Positions 9,765 through 18,655 of a stretch of 64,000 nt of DNA are shown one piece after another. Numbering within the stretch: the first letter of the stretch is position 1; each line of letters opens with the position of its first letter. The translations under genes and the position numbers were made by a program. The DNA comes from an uncultured Saprospiraceae bacterium. GTDB taxonomy: Bacteria; Bacteroidota; Bacteroidia; Chitinophagales; Saprospiraceae. The stretch lies in NCBI GenBank assembly GCA_964641965.1, contig CAZXLD010000015.1, positions 17,516-81,515 of the forward strand. The letters are read 5' to 3'. The notes below the pieces were generated by a model. It had not been told where the DNA came from and made no database searches. It worked only from the letters and a program-made list of their open reading frames with translations.

Positions 9765-10451
9765 ATGGATGAACCGATTTTGTTGCATTTGGAGACCTCC
9801 TCAGAAAGAGGTTCTGTCGCCATCAGCAAGGCCAATACACTATTATCCTACCAGGAAATGGAAGCCGCTTACCAGCATGCGGCCCAGATCAATGGGCTAA
9901 TAATGGAGTGCATGAAAGCTGTTAACTTACAGTTTGAGCACCTGGATGGCATTTCAGTGGGTAGTGGACCGGGTTCGTATACCGCCTTAAGAGTAGGTGC
10001 CTCAACAGCAAAGGGAATTGCCTATAGCCTTGATATTCCATTAATTGTGATTCCTACCCTATTTGGGTTAGCACACCGGATGGCAGTACAGGCAGAGAAA
10101 ACACCAGAGGCTGTATTGGTACCGATGCTCGATGCAAGGCGAAACGATGTGTATACAGCCACCTTCGATAGCCAATTGAAAGAGATTCGAAAACCTGAGA
10201 TGATCACGCTATCCGACAACTATTTGGATGGTTTAGGAAATAAGAAAATCTGGGTTGCCGGGAGCGGTTCTACAAAAGCCCTTCAGCTTTTAGATAGGCC
10301 CATTATCGACTTGGAAATACAAGTATCTGCCAAGTGGCATATAGTTCCTGCGATGCAACTTTGGACATCCAAATCCTATACTGATCCCGCCTATTTCTCA
10401 CCTAATTATATCACTGCTCCCAATATCACCCAGCCCAAAAAGAGGCTGTGA
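9765..10451 (+). CDS. tsaB: tRNA t6A37 threonylcarbamoyl-transfer protein TsaB
   Basis: LHLETSSERGSVAI opening and GSGPGSYTALRVGASTAKGIAYSL, typical of the YeaZ/TsaB family. 228 aa. Confidence 0.9.
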   Translation: MDEPILLHLETSSERGSVAISKANTLLSYQEMEAAYQHAAQINGLIMECMKAVNLQFEHLDGISVGSGPGSYTALRVGASTAKGIAYSLDIPLIVIPTLFGLAHRMAVQAEKTPEAVLVPMLDARRNDVYTATFDSQLKEIRKPEMITLSDNYLDGLGNKKIWVAGSGSTKALQLLDRPIIDLEIQVSAKWHIVPAMQLWTSKSYTDPAYFSPNYITAPNITQPKKRL

Positions 10452-10496
10452 ATATTGGGTCGGCAATAAATGAGGACTTTTCTAAGATAATTTTTT

Positions 10497-10504
10497 TAAT
10501 TTTG
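10497..10504 (+). promoter_or_regulatory. Candidate -7 promoter element TAATTTTG upstream of first ArsR gene
   Basis: Exact TAnnTTTG match 119 nt upstream of the ATG at 10623. No convincing -33 TTG was found. Confidence 0.3.
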
Positions 10505-10559
10505 TACTCCTATCCGAGATCAAGACCTTTAGCAAACCCATTAAACCCTCAACCCATTT

Positions 10560-10584
10560 CCCCTAATTGACGCACAATTAGGGG
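10560..10584. promoter_or_regulatory. Perfect 9-bp inverted repeat CCCCTAATT-N7-AATTAGGGG (operator candidate or tsaB terminator)
   Basis: Read directly from the sequence. It lies between the TAATTTTG motif and the ArsR start and is followed by a T-rich tract (TGATCTTTCTTT). It could therefore also act as an intrinsic terminator for tsaB. Confidence 0.35.
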
Positions 10585-10622
10585 TGATCTTTCTTTAGTT
10601 AAACACGAAACGAACTTTGTTA

Positions 10623-10958
10623 ATGGGCAAACAGAAAAAGATCTCCGTCCCCTTAAAAGAAGACGGCATCCAATTAAACTACGATGAACTCCGGAGAGCA
10701 GTTTTGGTGCTAAGAGCCATTAATCACAAACTCCGCCAACGTATCATTGATCTGTTAGAAGAGTCCGATAGCCTCACAGTCACTGATATTTACATTAAGC
10801 TCCGCCTTGAACAGTCTGTTGCCTCTCAACACTTGGCTATCTTACGCAGAGCCGGTGTGGTCCAGACTCGTCGTGACGGTAAATTTATCCATTATTCCTT
10901 AGATCGCGACCGCCTTCAACTCATCTCGGAATTGGTTGAACAATTAAACCTTTCCTAG
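10623..10958 (+). CDS. ArsR/SmtB-family winged-helix transcriptional regulator (copy 1)
   Basis: LRAINHKLRQRIIDLL...LEQSVASQHLAILRRAGVVQTRRDGKFIHYSL is the canonical ArsR HTH-plus-wing pattern. The start was moved to the first ATG; the track ORF begins at a TTG at 10617. Confidence 0.8.
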   Translation: MGKQKKISVPLKEDGIQLNYDELRRAVLVLRAINHKLRQRIIDLLEESDSLTVTDIYIKLRLEQSVASQHLAILRRAGVVQTRRDGKFIHYSLDRDRLQLISELVEQLNLS

Positions 10959-11014
10959 CGTCAGACCTTCCGATCTACCTCTTGTAAGCACCTTTCCCAG
11001 CATTTTTCGTAGAT

Positions 11015-11022
11015 TATCTTTG
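11015..11022 (+). promoter_or_regulatory. Candidate -7 promoter element TATCTTTG upstream of second ArsR gene
   Basis: Exact TAnnTTTG match 79 nt upstream of the ATG at 11101. It is followed by an imperfect inverted repeat at 11035..11057 (CTTAAATCTT-GAAA-AAGATTAAG). Confidence 0.3.
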
Positions 11023-11100
11023 TCTTTAATTGGACTTAAATCTTGAAAAAGATTAAGAAAAGATATATCTATCGAGAAGGCTTCTTTGAATTGAACTACT

Positions 11101-11421
11101 ATGCAGAAAACAGAAATTCGTATCAGCGTGAATCAGGAGCAGCTTTCATCTGCTGCAGAACTCCTTCGAGCACTAGCTCATCCTCTGCGGCTCAAAATTA
11201 TTGGTTTCATCGATAAAAATGATTCCATACACGTAAATAAGATTTACAATTCATTGAAATTGGAACAATCGATCACTTCCCAACACCTTCGTATACTCCG
11301 AATAGCGGATGTTGTACGTACTCAGCGGGAAGGAAAATTTATCTTTTACAGCTTGAATTATGACCGCCTCGGAAATACGATTAAAGCTATCCGGTCATAC
11401 TTGAAGAAAATCGAAGATTGA
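11101..11421 (+). CDS. ArsR/SmtB-family winged-helix transcriptional regulator (copy 2, paralogue of copy 1)
   Basis: LRALAHPLRLKIIGFI...LEQSITSQHLRILRIADVVRTQREGKFIFYSL aligns residue for residue with the upstream copy. Confidence 0.8.
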   Translation: MQKTEIRISVNQEQLSSAAELLRALAHPLRLKIIGFIDKNDSIHVNKIYNSLKLEQSITSQHLRILRIADVVRTQREGKFIFYSLNYDRLGNTIKAIRSYLKKIED

Positions 11422-11657
11422 TCTTGCTGAAAAAATAGGTTTCGGCATCAAATCTAAGAGCGTATTGAGTTTTGGCTTTTGGAGGGAATGACACCAAATT
11501 TAGTTACATGACGACCCTTCGGGTGTCAGCATGCAAGCATCTGTACAAGGCACCTTAAAGGCGTATAGCCAAAGCTGTGCAACCGAAAAGAAACGCAGGA
11601 CAGGACAAAATCTGGCAAGTACAGCTCAAAGCTTCAAATCTCAACATGCTCTGATCC

Positions 11658-12404
11658 TCAAGAAGGATCTTGGTCTTGAAATTGATCGCCAGGTTCTGAG
11701 CTTAACTTTGTTTGGGCTGCCGATGAAGCATCTGTACTCTCTGAAGATTTTCCCATTTCATCAGGAGGTGCTGCGGTATCTACTTCTTTTTTCTCTTTCC
11801 AGCCCGATGTAGAATGAAAAAAGAGAATCATGATAACCCCCATGGTTATAGACAAGTCTGCCAAGTTAAAAACAGGCTTAAAAAATTGGACATATTGCCC
11901 TCCGGCAAACGGTATCCAAGAAGGCAGCACACCGGCCCAAACCGGCATATAAAACATGTCCACCACCTTCCCGTAAAAGAAGCTTGCGTATCCTCCTTCG
12001 GGTGGAAACAGTTGAGCAATGCCGCCATGTACACCCGAGGCTGAAAAGATAACGCCGTAAAATGCGCTGTCGATAATATTCCCCAAGGCCCCGGCCAAAA
12101 TGAATGCGAAACTACTAATCAAGCTGAACGGAGCCCTTGTTTTCAGAAGAACGGTAAGGTAATAGGTAAGCAACAAAACCGCCAGCAATCGGAACAAGCT
12201 AAGCGCTAATTTACCGTTGGAGCCACCAAACTGTAGGCCAAATGCCATTCCGTTGTTCTCTACAAAATGAATGCGAAGCCAATTCAGCCCGAGCAAATGA
12301 AACTCCTCCCCATACGCCATATGCGTTTTTACCCAAACTTTGATGGCCTGATCCAGGATCAGCACAATAGCTATGAGGAGTAAAGTTTTATTTCGAACGC
12401 TCAA
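11658..12404 (-). CDS. lspA: Lipoprotein signal peptidase II with a ~45-aa acidic/Ser-rich C-terminal tail
   Basis: LILDQAIK, ENNGMAFG, GALGNIIDS, VVDMF and FNLAD motifs of the LspA (A8 peptidase) family. Confidence 0.85.
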   Translation of the reverse strand: MSVRNKTLLLIAIVLILDQAIKVWVKTHMAYGEEFHLLGLNWLRIHFVENNGMAFGLQFGGSNGKLALSLFRLLAVLLLTYYLTVLLKTRAPFSLISSFAFILAGALGNIIDSAFYGVIFSASGVHGGIAQLFPPEGGYASFFYGKVVDMFYMPVWAGVLPSWIPFAGGQYVQFFKPVFNLADLSITMGVIMILFFHSTSGWKEKKEVDTAAPPDEMGKSSESTDASSAAQTKLSSEPGDQFQDQDPS

Positions 12405-12526
12405 CAGTTGGAATTCCTAAGATTGAATTATAGCGCCTTGGGATACAGGCTGAAATAGTGAATTATCAAATGCGCCCATGGAAGCATTTGAATAACACTC
12501 CAAATAACAACTTTCAGAATGGAATG

Positions 12527-12910
12527 TTATTTTACCCGTTTTCTATTTTGCTTGGCTTCAATACTCAATGTGGCATGAGGAACAGCCATGAGTCTTTCTT
12601 TTGCAATCAGCTTGCCAGTTTCTCTACAAATACCATATACCTTATTCTCAATCCTTAGAAGGGCATTTTCCAGGTGTTGAATGTGCTTGCGTTGGCGGCT
12701 AGCCATAGAGGTGAGTCGCTCATTTTCAGCAGTCCCGGTACCATCATCCAGACCCCGAATCTTGGCATCCGGATTGTCAGCAAGCTCTTCTAATTGATTC
12801 AGGTAAAAGTTGAGCTGGGCCCTAGCTTCATCCAATTTATTATTGATCAAAACCCTAAATTCTTCCAATTCAGGATCGGTATATCTTGTTTTTACCTCTT
12901 TCCCATTCAT
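12527..12910 (-). CDS. DksA/TraR-family zinc-finger protein
   Basis: An N-terminal coiled-coil region is followed by YGICRETGKLIAKERLMAVPHATLSIEAK, typical of Bacteroidota DksA/TraR-like proteins found next to lspA. Confidence 0.8.
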   Translation of the reverse strand: MNGKEVKTRYTDPELEEFRVLINNKLDEARAQLNFYLNQLEELADNPDAKIRGLDDGTGTAENERLTSMASRQRKHIQHLENALLRIENKVYGICRETGKLIAKERLMAVPHATLSIEAKQNRKRVK

Positions 12911-13023
12911 GACAGTTCTCCTTTTTGATTTCTGTAAAATAGGTAATTAGGCGAGTTTAATTTTACCATTTACTGAATGCGAAAATAATAATTCTATTAA
13001 ATGGGGGTAATGGAAATATCTTT

Positions 13024-15330
13024 TTAATCATCCACCTTTGCCAGTTCCTTGTCAATATTTTTTTTCCGATCGTAAAAAAGAAACAATAGAACAGGCAAAA
13101 GTGTCAGATCGAAAAAGGCCGCCAAGAAGAGGGTAACAGCCACTAAACCACCTAGATAAAAGGTCCCCAAAAAGTTTGAAAAGGTGAGCGTTAGAAAGCC
13201 ACATAACAGGATAATGGTAGTCAAGGCGATCGCCTTTCCAGTAGATACGATCGTGTGTCTCAGGGCTAAAGTCACAGATGATCTTGCTTGCATTTCTCTT
13301 TGAAACCGGGAAAGGAAGTGAATGGAATCATCTACCGCAATTCCGAAGGAAAGAATGAAGATAATTGAAGTAGAAATTTTAAGATCGATGCCGTAAAAAC
13401 CCATAACTCCTGCTATCACGATCAATGGGAGCAAGTTTGGAATCAGCGATAACAAACCCAACCGGACAGATCCCAAAACAATTGCAAAAAGAATTCCGAC
13501 CAAAGCAATAGCGACCGATAATCCCCACAGGACATTCTTTGCCAGGTAACTATTATTTAGATCAAGTAAATGAGGGGTACCAGTAACGTGGACTTGGAAA
13601 GGAGTATTTGTCAATTCCTTTTTGACCCACTCCATCAATGCCTGGTTGCGCATGGAAAAAACTGCGCTGCCTTCATCTTTAGTTAGTCCACTGATTCGCA
13701 TCCATGGCTTCTTTTCCGAGGATACATATTTACCCCAAATATCCTGGCCCGTTTCCTGTTTAAACCTATCGATCAAGTTCGTGACATCTTCCTGCGAACT
13801 TGGTAAGCTATAAAAATCAGGATCTCCTCCCTTGGAGACTTGATTGGCCTGTTTCAAGATTTCTACTGGGGAAATCAGACTCCCAACCCCATAGGTAGCT
13901 AATAGAAAGCTATCCAATCGTTCAATCTGCCGCAATACTTTTAATTGTAACAGGTCGGCATTCTCTTGTTTGGCTACCAAGGCAATTTCCATACCTCTTG
14001 CGCCGGAAAAATGACTTTCGAAAAAATGGAATGCCTGCCTTCTGGGATGATCTGGCTTTAAGTCTTCCAGTAAATAATTGTTCACCTTCAATTGGGTGAT
14101 CCCGATTGGACTAACCAATAGTACCAAGACCGATATCACAATAACCAATTGCCTATTATTCATGACCCAGGAAAGCCATTGCAACAGCAGTCGGTTCCAC
14201 CAGGCCGAACGATCGGAAAAACCCTTAAACACCTCACCATATAATACAAGAATTGCCGGTATTAAAGTGTAGGTAAGTAAAAGGGCAAAAAACAAACCAA
14301 CGGTTGTCACCCATCCCACTTCGATCAAGGGTATAAAAGTGGAAGTAGTCAAAGTAAGAAACCCGACGGCAGTAGTCATCGTAGTCAGCAAAGTAGCTGT
14401 ACCCACTTCCTTTACTGCCTTTTTGAGTGCCTGGCTCAGCCCCAGGCCTGCTTTGCGATAAAGCTGAAAATGGGTAACTAAGTGGATGGCATCTGCAACA
14501 CCAATGACCAGGAGCACTGTAGGTATAATATTGGAGATCAGATCAAATGGCTTTCCGGACACCGCCATCAAGCCAATCGTCCATAAAACGGATAATCCGA
14601 CCACAATAAGGGGAAGAGCTACGCCCAGCAAAGTTCGATAAGCCCAAAAAAGCAGAATAAATACAGCTAGTATAGAAGTTCCGGTGAATAGGACCGTTTC
14701 GAATTGCAGCGTCCGAATGAATGTAGTTTGCCCAAAGCATTTGCCAGCTATTTCAGCATGATCCACCTCCATTTCGTCAACCAATTGCTGAACTTCCGTA
14801 GAAAGGTCAGCGCAAAATTCATCCGAATCAGCAGCTTTGTGCCACAATTGAAGGAGAACCGCCTTGCGATCCTCACTGAAAAAGGATTTAATCCACCCTT
14901 TTTGCTGGAAGAAAAACAAGCTGTCGGAACGATACCGCTCTGGGTTATTTAGATGAAAAAATGGCGTGGATAGCACCCGTGGACCAAAGGGATTCGGATT
15001 GCGCCTTTGAAATCGGAATTGGGTAGGATTAATGACGCGTTCTGTCTGAGGAAGCTTCTCCAGCCTAGTTGTTAACTGGTTAAGTTGATGAAGGAAACTG
15101 GAGTCAAATACACCTTGCGCTGGTCGAAAACCGATCAGGATGTAATCATTGTCAACGCCAAACCGATCCTGAAATTGATAGAAAAACTCAGTATCTGGAT
15201 CACCAATTGGAAGGAACCGTTCCAGGTCATAGTCGAAGTACAGTGCCCGGGTTTGCCAAAGCCAAAAAACGCTGATTAGAATGGTAAAGAAAATTCCCCA
15301 ACGACTAAATCGTTTAAATCGATCCATCAT
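13024..15330 (-). CDS. MMPL/COG1033-type RND-superfamily exporter, last gene of the type III PKS operon
   Basis: Two 6-TM bundles, the GIAVDDSIHFLSRF motif, and an N-terminal LERFLPIGDPDTEFF...DNDYILI paralogous to 1049..3394. The start is set at the ATGATG at 15330/15327 (MMDRFKRFSRWGIFF), which overlaps the PPTase stop by 14-17 nt. The track ORF extends to 15435. Confidence 0.8.
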   Translation of the reverse strand: MMDRFKRFSRWGIFFTILISVFWLWQTRALYFDYDLERFLPIGDPDTEFFYQFQDRFGVDNDYILIGFRPAQGVFDSSFLHQLNQLTTRLEKLPQTERVINPTQFRFQRRNPNPFGPRVLSTPFFHLNNPERYRSDSLFFFQQKGWIKSFFSEDRKAVLLQLWHKAADSDEFCADLSTEVQQLVDEMEVDHAEIAGKCFGQTTFIRTLQFETVLFTGTSILAVFILLFWAYRTLLGVALPLIVVGLSVLWTIGLMAVSGKPFDLISNIIPTVLLVIGVADAIHLVTHFQLYRKAGLGLSQALKKAVKEVGTATLLTTMTTAVGFLTLTTSTFIPLIEVGWVTTVGLFFALLLTYTLIPAILVLYGEVFKGFSDRSAWWNRLLLQWLSWVMNNRQLVIVISVLVLLVSPIGITQLKVNNYLLEDLKPDHPRRQAFHFFESHFSGARGMEIALVAKQENADLLQLKVLRQIERLDSFLLATYGVGSLISPVEILKQANQVSKGGDPDFYSLPSSQEDVTNLIDRFKQETGQDIWGKYVSSEKKPWMRISGLTKDEGSAVFSMRNQALMEWVKKELTNTPFQVHVTGTPHLLDLNNSYLAKNVLWGLSVAIALVGILFAIVLGSVRLGLLSLIPNLLPLIVIAGVMGFYGIDLKISTSIIFILSFGIAVDDSIHFLSRFQREMQARSSVTLALRHTIVSTGKAIALTTIILLCGFLTLTFSNFLGTFYLGGLVAVTLFLAAFFDLTLLPVLLFLFYDRKKNIDKELAKVDD

Positions 15331-15847
15331 ATTGATCAACAGCCGGCCAAACAAATGCCTGAAAACGACCATGGTGACTCTTGGAAACAGGTAGGGTTCG
15401 ATGAGTGTTTCGAAACCTTGCGGACAAAGCTCCACTTTGTAGTTTTTCCAAAATGTATTCCCCGCTTGAGATCACAACCTTAGCATCCCAAAAATCAATT
15501 AGACTTACCGTATCCTGTACCCCTTTCTCACAACAGTATACGTGTATAAACTCAGGAGTCTGAAGCATTCGAAAAGCATAGGTACCTCGCGTGCCTATAA
15601 CATACATGGAGTCCATGTAAACCTGATAGGCTTTAGGCCGATGCAGACGTTGGCAGCCTGCCCGACGCTCTAGCTTGTAGGCACTTTCTTTAGCTGCCCA
15701 TAGCACCCATTTATTCACCATCTGCCCCTTGATACTCTGAAATTGCTCCCATTCCAATGGATGTAAAACCTTCTCCCAAAACCGCGTTTCACTAGCTCGG
15801 GAATTCGATTCCGCCAATCGGAGATCAACAATATCATTGCCGATCAA
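15314..15847 (-). CDS. 4'-phosphopantetheinyl transferase
   Basis: MIGNDIVDL opening and WAAKESAYKL motif of the AcpS/Sfp superfamily. 177 aa. Shares a 4-nt overlap with the upstream ACP gene. Confidence 0.75.
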   Translation of the reverse strand: MIGNDIVDLRLAESNSRASETRFWEKVLHPLEWEQFQSIKGQMVNKWVLWAAKESAYKLERRAGCQRLHRPKAYQVYMDSMYVIGTRGTYAFRMLQTPEFIHVYCCEKGVQDTVSLIDFWDAKVVISSGEYILEKLQSGALSARFRNTHRTLPVSKSHHGRFQAFVWPAVDQYDGSI

Positions 15848-16098
15848 TTGGAGCTGATTTTACCTTCGATGATATCCAAGGCTGCCCCAACAGTCAACAT
15901 TTTCTCAGCAGACTTGTCATCGATTTCGATGTTAAAGGCATCTTCGACATCTAATATGATATCTACCAGGTTGGCAGAGTTGATGCCGAGATCATCCAAC
16001 AAATCGGTTTCCTCTGTTAGGCTTTTGAAAGCAACCTGATTCTGAACGTAGGGTTGGATAATCTGTTGGAGGGTAGTTGTTAATTCTTTCCGTTCCAT
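15844..16098 (-). CDS. Acyl carrier protein (cluster-dedicated)
   Basis: The DDLGINSANLVDIILDVEDAF helix-II region contains the phosphopantetheine-attachment Ser. The start is set at the internal ATG at 16098 (MERKELTTTLQQ), 1 nt after the KS stop. Confidence 0.8.
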   Translation of the reverse strand: MERKELTTTLQQIIQPYVQNQVAFKSLTEETDLLDDLGINSANLVDIILDVEDAFNIEIDDKSAEKMLTVGAALDIIEGKISSN

Positions 16099-16099
16099 C

Positions 16100-17377
16100 C
16101 TAAGTCTGAAAATTTTTAAAAATGAGCACACTATTTACATCTCCAAAACCAAAGCTAGCTTTCGCAAGGTACTCTATATCAGGCACTGAAAGGCTTTGCC
16201 GAGGTATCCGGTCCGGATGCACGAGGGATTCAATTTGAGGATGGAGGTCTTCACAATTGAGCGAAGGATGCACAAAACGATGCATTAACTGAAGTACTGC
16301 AGCGACAGATTCTATGGCCCCAGCGCCGCTAAGGCAATGGCCCACCATAGATTTCAGCGAGTTAATTAATGGAAAATCTTGCCCACATCTGTTTAGGGCA
16401 CTGACCCAGGAATCTATTTCAATGACATCTCCTCTAGTGGCAGTGAGGTGCCCGGAAATCACACCGATCTGATCAACTTCGATTTTGGATTCGTTTAGCG
16501 CTCCCCGAATACACCGCTCTATTCCATCTGGGTTTGGGGCAGTCATACTCCCTCCATTTCTTTGACCTCCAGAATTTGTGTACCCGCCAACTAATTCTGC
16601 ATAGATGACAGCCCCTCGTTTTTGAGCTGCCTCCAGTGATTCCAGTATAAATGCCCCGGCACCGCTGCCCGGTACAAAGCCTGAAGCTGTAGCGCTCATA
16701 GGCCTTGAACCCTGCTCAGGATGATCATTGAATCTTCGGGTAAGAACCCGCATAGCGTCAAAGCCCCCCCAAATGTAGGGTCCATCTGTATCGCAAGACC
16801 CGCAAAGCATCCGTTCAGCTTTACCCGTTCTTATATGCTCGCTGGCCAGACGCAATGCTTCAGTACCTGTGCTGCATGCGGATGCATTGGCGACAACCCA
16901 ATTTCCCAATCCGAAGCGTCCACCTAGGTAAGCACTTGGACCACTAGCCATGGTTTGAGTGACCGTATGGCTACCCATGCGCTTTACCTTGTTACTGTCA
17001 ATCAAATAAACGCCATCCCGGATAGGCCGTACGCCGGATAATCCAACTCCAAAAATGCAACCTGTATCCCAATCAGGGGTGTTGTCTTTCTGCTTTTCCA
17101 GACCGGCATCAGCCCAAGCTTCCTCCGCAGCTATTATCCCATAAAGCAGGTTGTGTGCTGTCAATTGGCGAAGCTCAAGCTCAGAAAAATAACGGGCTTT
17201 CAACTCATCCGTTAACATCGGCGCCCCACCAATGCAACATCCGAAATGCTTTTCTTCCAACTCCGGAAAATACCGAATACCGGATTTCCCAGATTGAATG
17301 GCTTCCAAAAAAGCCGGAATCCCAATGGCATTCGGAGCAACAACCCCCATTCCTGTCACCACCACTCTTCTGGTCAT
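16100..17377 (-). CDS. Beta-ketoacyl-ACP synthase, KAS I/II (FabF/FabB-like, Cys-His-His)
   Basis: RRVVVTGMGVVAPNA opening, the active-site Cys in NASACSTGTEAL, and the two His residues in SGHLTATRGD and MVGHCLSGAGA. Confidence 0.9.
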   Translation of the reverse strand: MTRRVVVTGMGVVAPNAIGIPAFLEAIQSGKSGIRYFPELEEKHFGCCIGGAPMLTDELKARYFSELELRQLTAHNLLYGIIAAEEAWADAGLEKQKDNTPDWDTGCIFGVGLSGVRPIRDGVYLIDSNKVKRMGSHTVTQTMASGPSAYLGGRFGLGNWVVANASACSTGTEALRLASEHIRTGKAERMLCGSCDTDGPYIWGGFDAMRVLTRRFNDHPEQGSRPMSATASGFVPGSGAGAFILESLEAAQKRGAVIYAELVGGYTNSGGQRNGGSMTAPNPDGIERCIRGALNESKIEVDQIGVISGHLTATRGDVIEIDSWVSALNRCGQDFPLINSLKSMVGHCLSGAGAIESVAAVLQLMHRFVHPSLNCEDLHPQIESLVHPDRIPRQSLSVPDIEYLAKASFGFGDVNSVLIFKNFQT

Positions 17378-17844
17378 ACGTGATGGTTACTGTCACGCAA
17401 AATCATTCCTGCCAAGGTTCCCCGGCACGCGATTTCACCCAAGGTGTTTGTCATTTCTGCGCTCACTTTAAGCTTACCTAATCTCAGGTAATGCTTTTTT
17501 GCCAGAACCTCCACCCGTTCACCAGGTAGGACAGGCTGCAGGAACTCTACCTGAGAATGCGTAAAGGCAAATCTTCGCACATTTCTGGTCTTGTGGGTTC
17601 CGGTGAGAAAGATTCCCCAGGCAGCCAATCCGATCTGGGCCATACATTCAGTGAGGATTACCCCCGGAGTAACTGGAATACCTGGAAAATGGCCCTTGTA
17701 AAAGAACTCGTCCTCCCGAAAAGTGTAAGTTCCCAGGATATGGTCAGGAGTCATTTCCAAGATCTTGTCTACAAATCGAAAGGGCGCTGCATATGGAAGT
17801 AGATCCACACACAGCTGCAAATCGGCTGTTGATGTTTGGTCCAT
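17374..17844 (-). CDS. FabZ/FabA-like hotdog 3-hydroxyacyl-ACP dehydratase
   Basis: The YKGHFPGIPVTPGVILTECMAQ catalytic His/Glu motif. 156 aa. Confidence 0.85.
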   Translation of the reverse strand: MDQTSTADLQLCVDLLPYAAPFRFVDKILEMTPDHILGTYTFREDEFFYKGHFPGIPVTPGVILTECMAQIGLAAWGIFLTGTHKTRNVRRFAFTHSQVEFLQPVLPGERVEVLAKKHYLRLGKLKVSAEMTNTLGEIACRGTLAGMILRDSNHHV

Positions 17845-17847
17845 GAA

Positions 17848-18654
17848 CTAAACATTTTTTTCTCCGCCATCCACCGGCAAAATAGCACCGTTTACCCAGG
17901 CGGCTTCATCCCTGCAAAGTAAGTAGATAAAATCAGCAACATCTTCCGGGCGAGTCAGCCGACCCAGCGGATTTCGTTCCTGAGATTGCTTTTTTAGTAG
18001 TTCCTGATCGGGTATCATAGCCAACGAAGGGGTAGGGGTCACTCCAGCCTGTATCAAGTTGCTTCGAATGCCATAATAACCAAATTCAGCCGCAATGGAG
18101 CGAGACATGGATTCCAAGGCTGCCTTCGCTGCCCCCACTTGGGCATAATGAGGCCAAGTCCTGTAGCTACCTTCGCTGGTAAGACCAAGACATCGACTAT
18201 CCGCTGCGAAAAATCCTCGACTGAAAAGCGCTTTTATCCAGTGATAGTAACTTAGGGCCATAGCTTCAAAAGTAAGCGCAAAATCGTCAGGCCGAGCCAG
18301 AGTTTGGTCTTTTTGGAGAGAAGCAGGAGAGAGTCGTTTCAGGTTTCCTCTAGAAATACTATGGAGAAATAAGCGCACTTTGCCATTTTGGCCTAAAGCA
18401 GGCATCAATTCATCCAGGATTTCAACCTGCCGCTCCTGGCGAAGTGCATCCCGGTTAAAAGTGATCAGTTGGACTCCAGTGGACTTTAAGCAATCCCATT
18501 CTTTTTCCAACTCTGGTAACCGCTGCCTTCGGTCCCGATGCACAATGCACAAATGCATCCCTTCACTTGCCAATTTATGGGCTGTTGCTAAGCCAATACC
18601 GCTGGAGCCACCCAAAATAACTGCCCAGTAATTTTTTTCTTGGAAGGTACCCAT
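17848..18654 (-). CDS. SDR-family reductase with an enoyl-ACP reductase (FabI/FabL-like) Y-x6-K signature
   Basis: Nucleotide-binding ILGGSSGIGLATA. YAQVGAAKAALES aligns with E. coli FabI YNVMGLAKASLEA (Tyr-x6-Lys) rather than the Y-x3-K of FabG-type ketoreductases. Confidence 0.7.
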   Translation of the reverse strand: MGTFQEKNYWAVILGGSSGIGLATAHKLASEGMHLCIVHRDRRQRLPELEKEWDCLKSTGVQLITFNRDALRQERQVEILDELMPALGQNGKVRLFLHSISRGNLKRLSPASLQKDQTLARPDDFALTFEAMALSYYHWIKALFSRGFFAADSRCLGLTSEGSYRTWPHYAQVGAAKAALESMSRSIAAEFGYYGIRSNLIQAGVTPTPSLAMIPDQELLKKQSQERNPLGRLTRPEDVADFIYLLCRDEAAWVNGAILPVDGGEKNV

Positions 18655-18655
18655 A

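Noticed and set aside
11658-11800. Acidic/Ser-rich ~45-aa C-terminal tail on LspA that overlaps a 93-aa plus-strand ORF (11531..11812).
   Set aside because: The plus-strand ORF has no features of a real gene. The tail is probably a disordered extension of LspA, so nothing further could be concluded from sequence alone.
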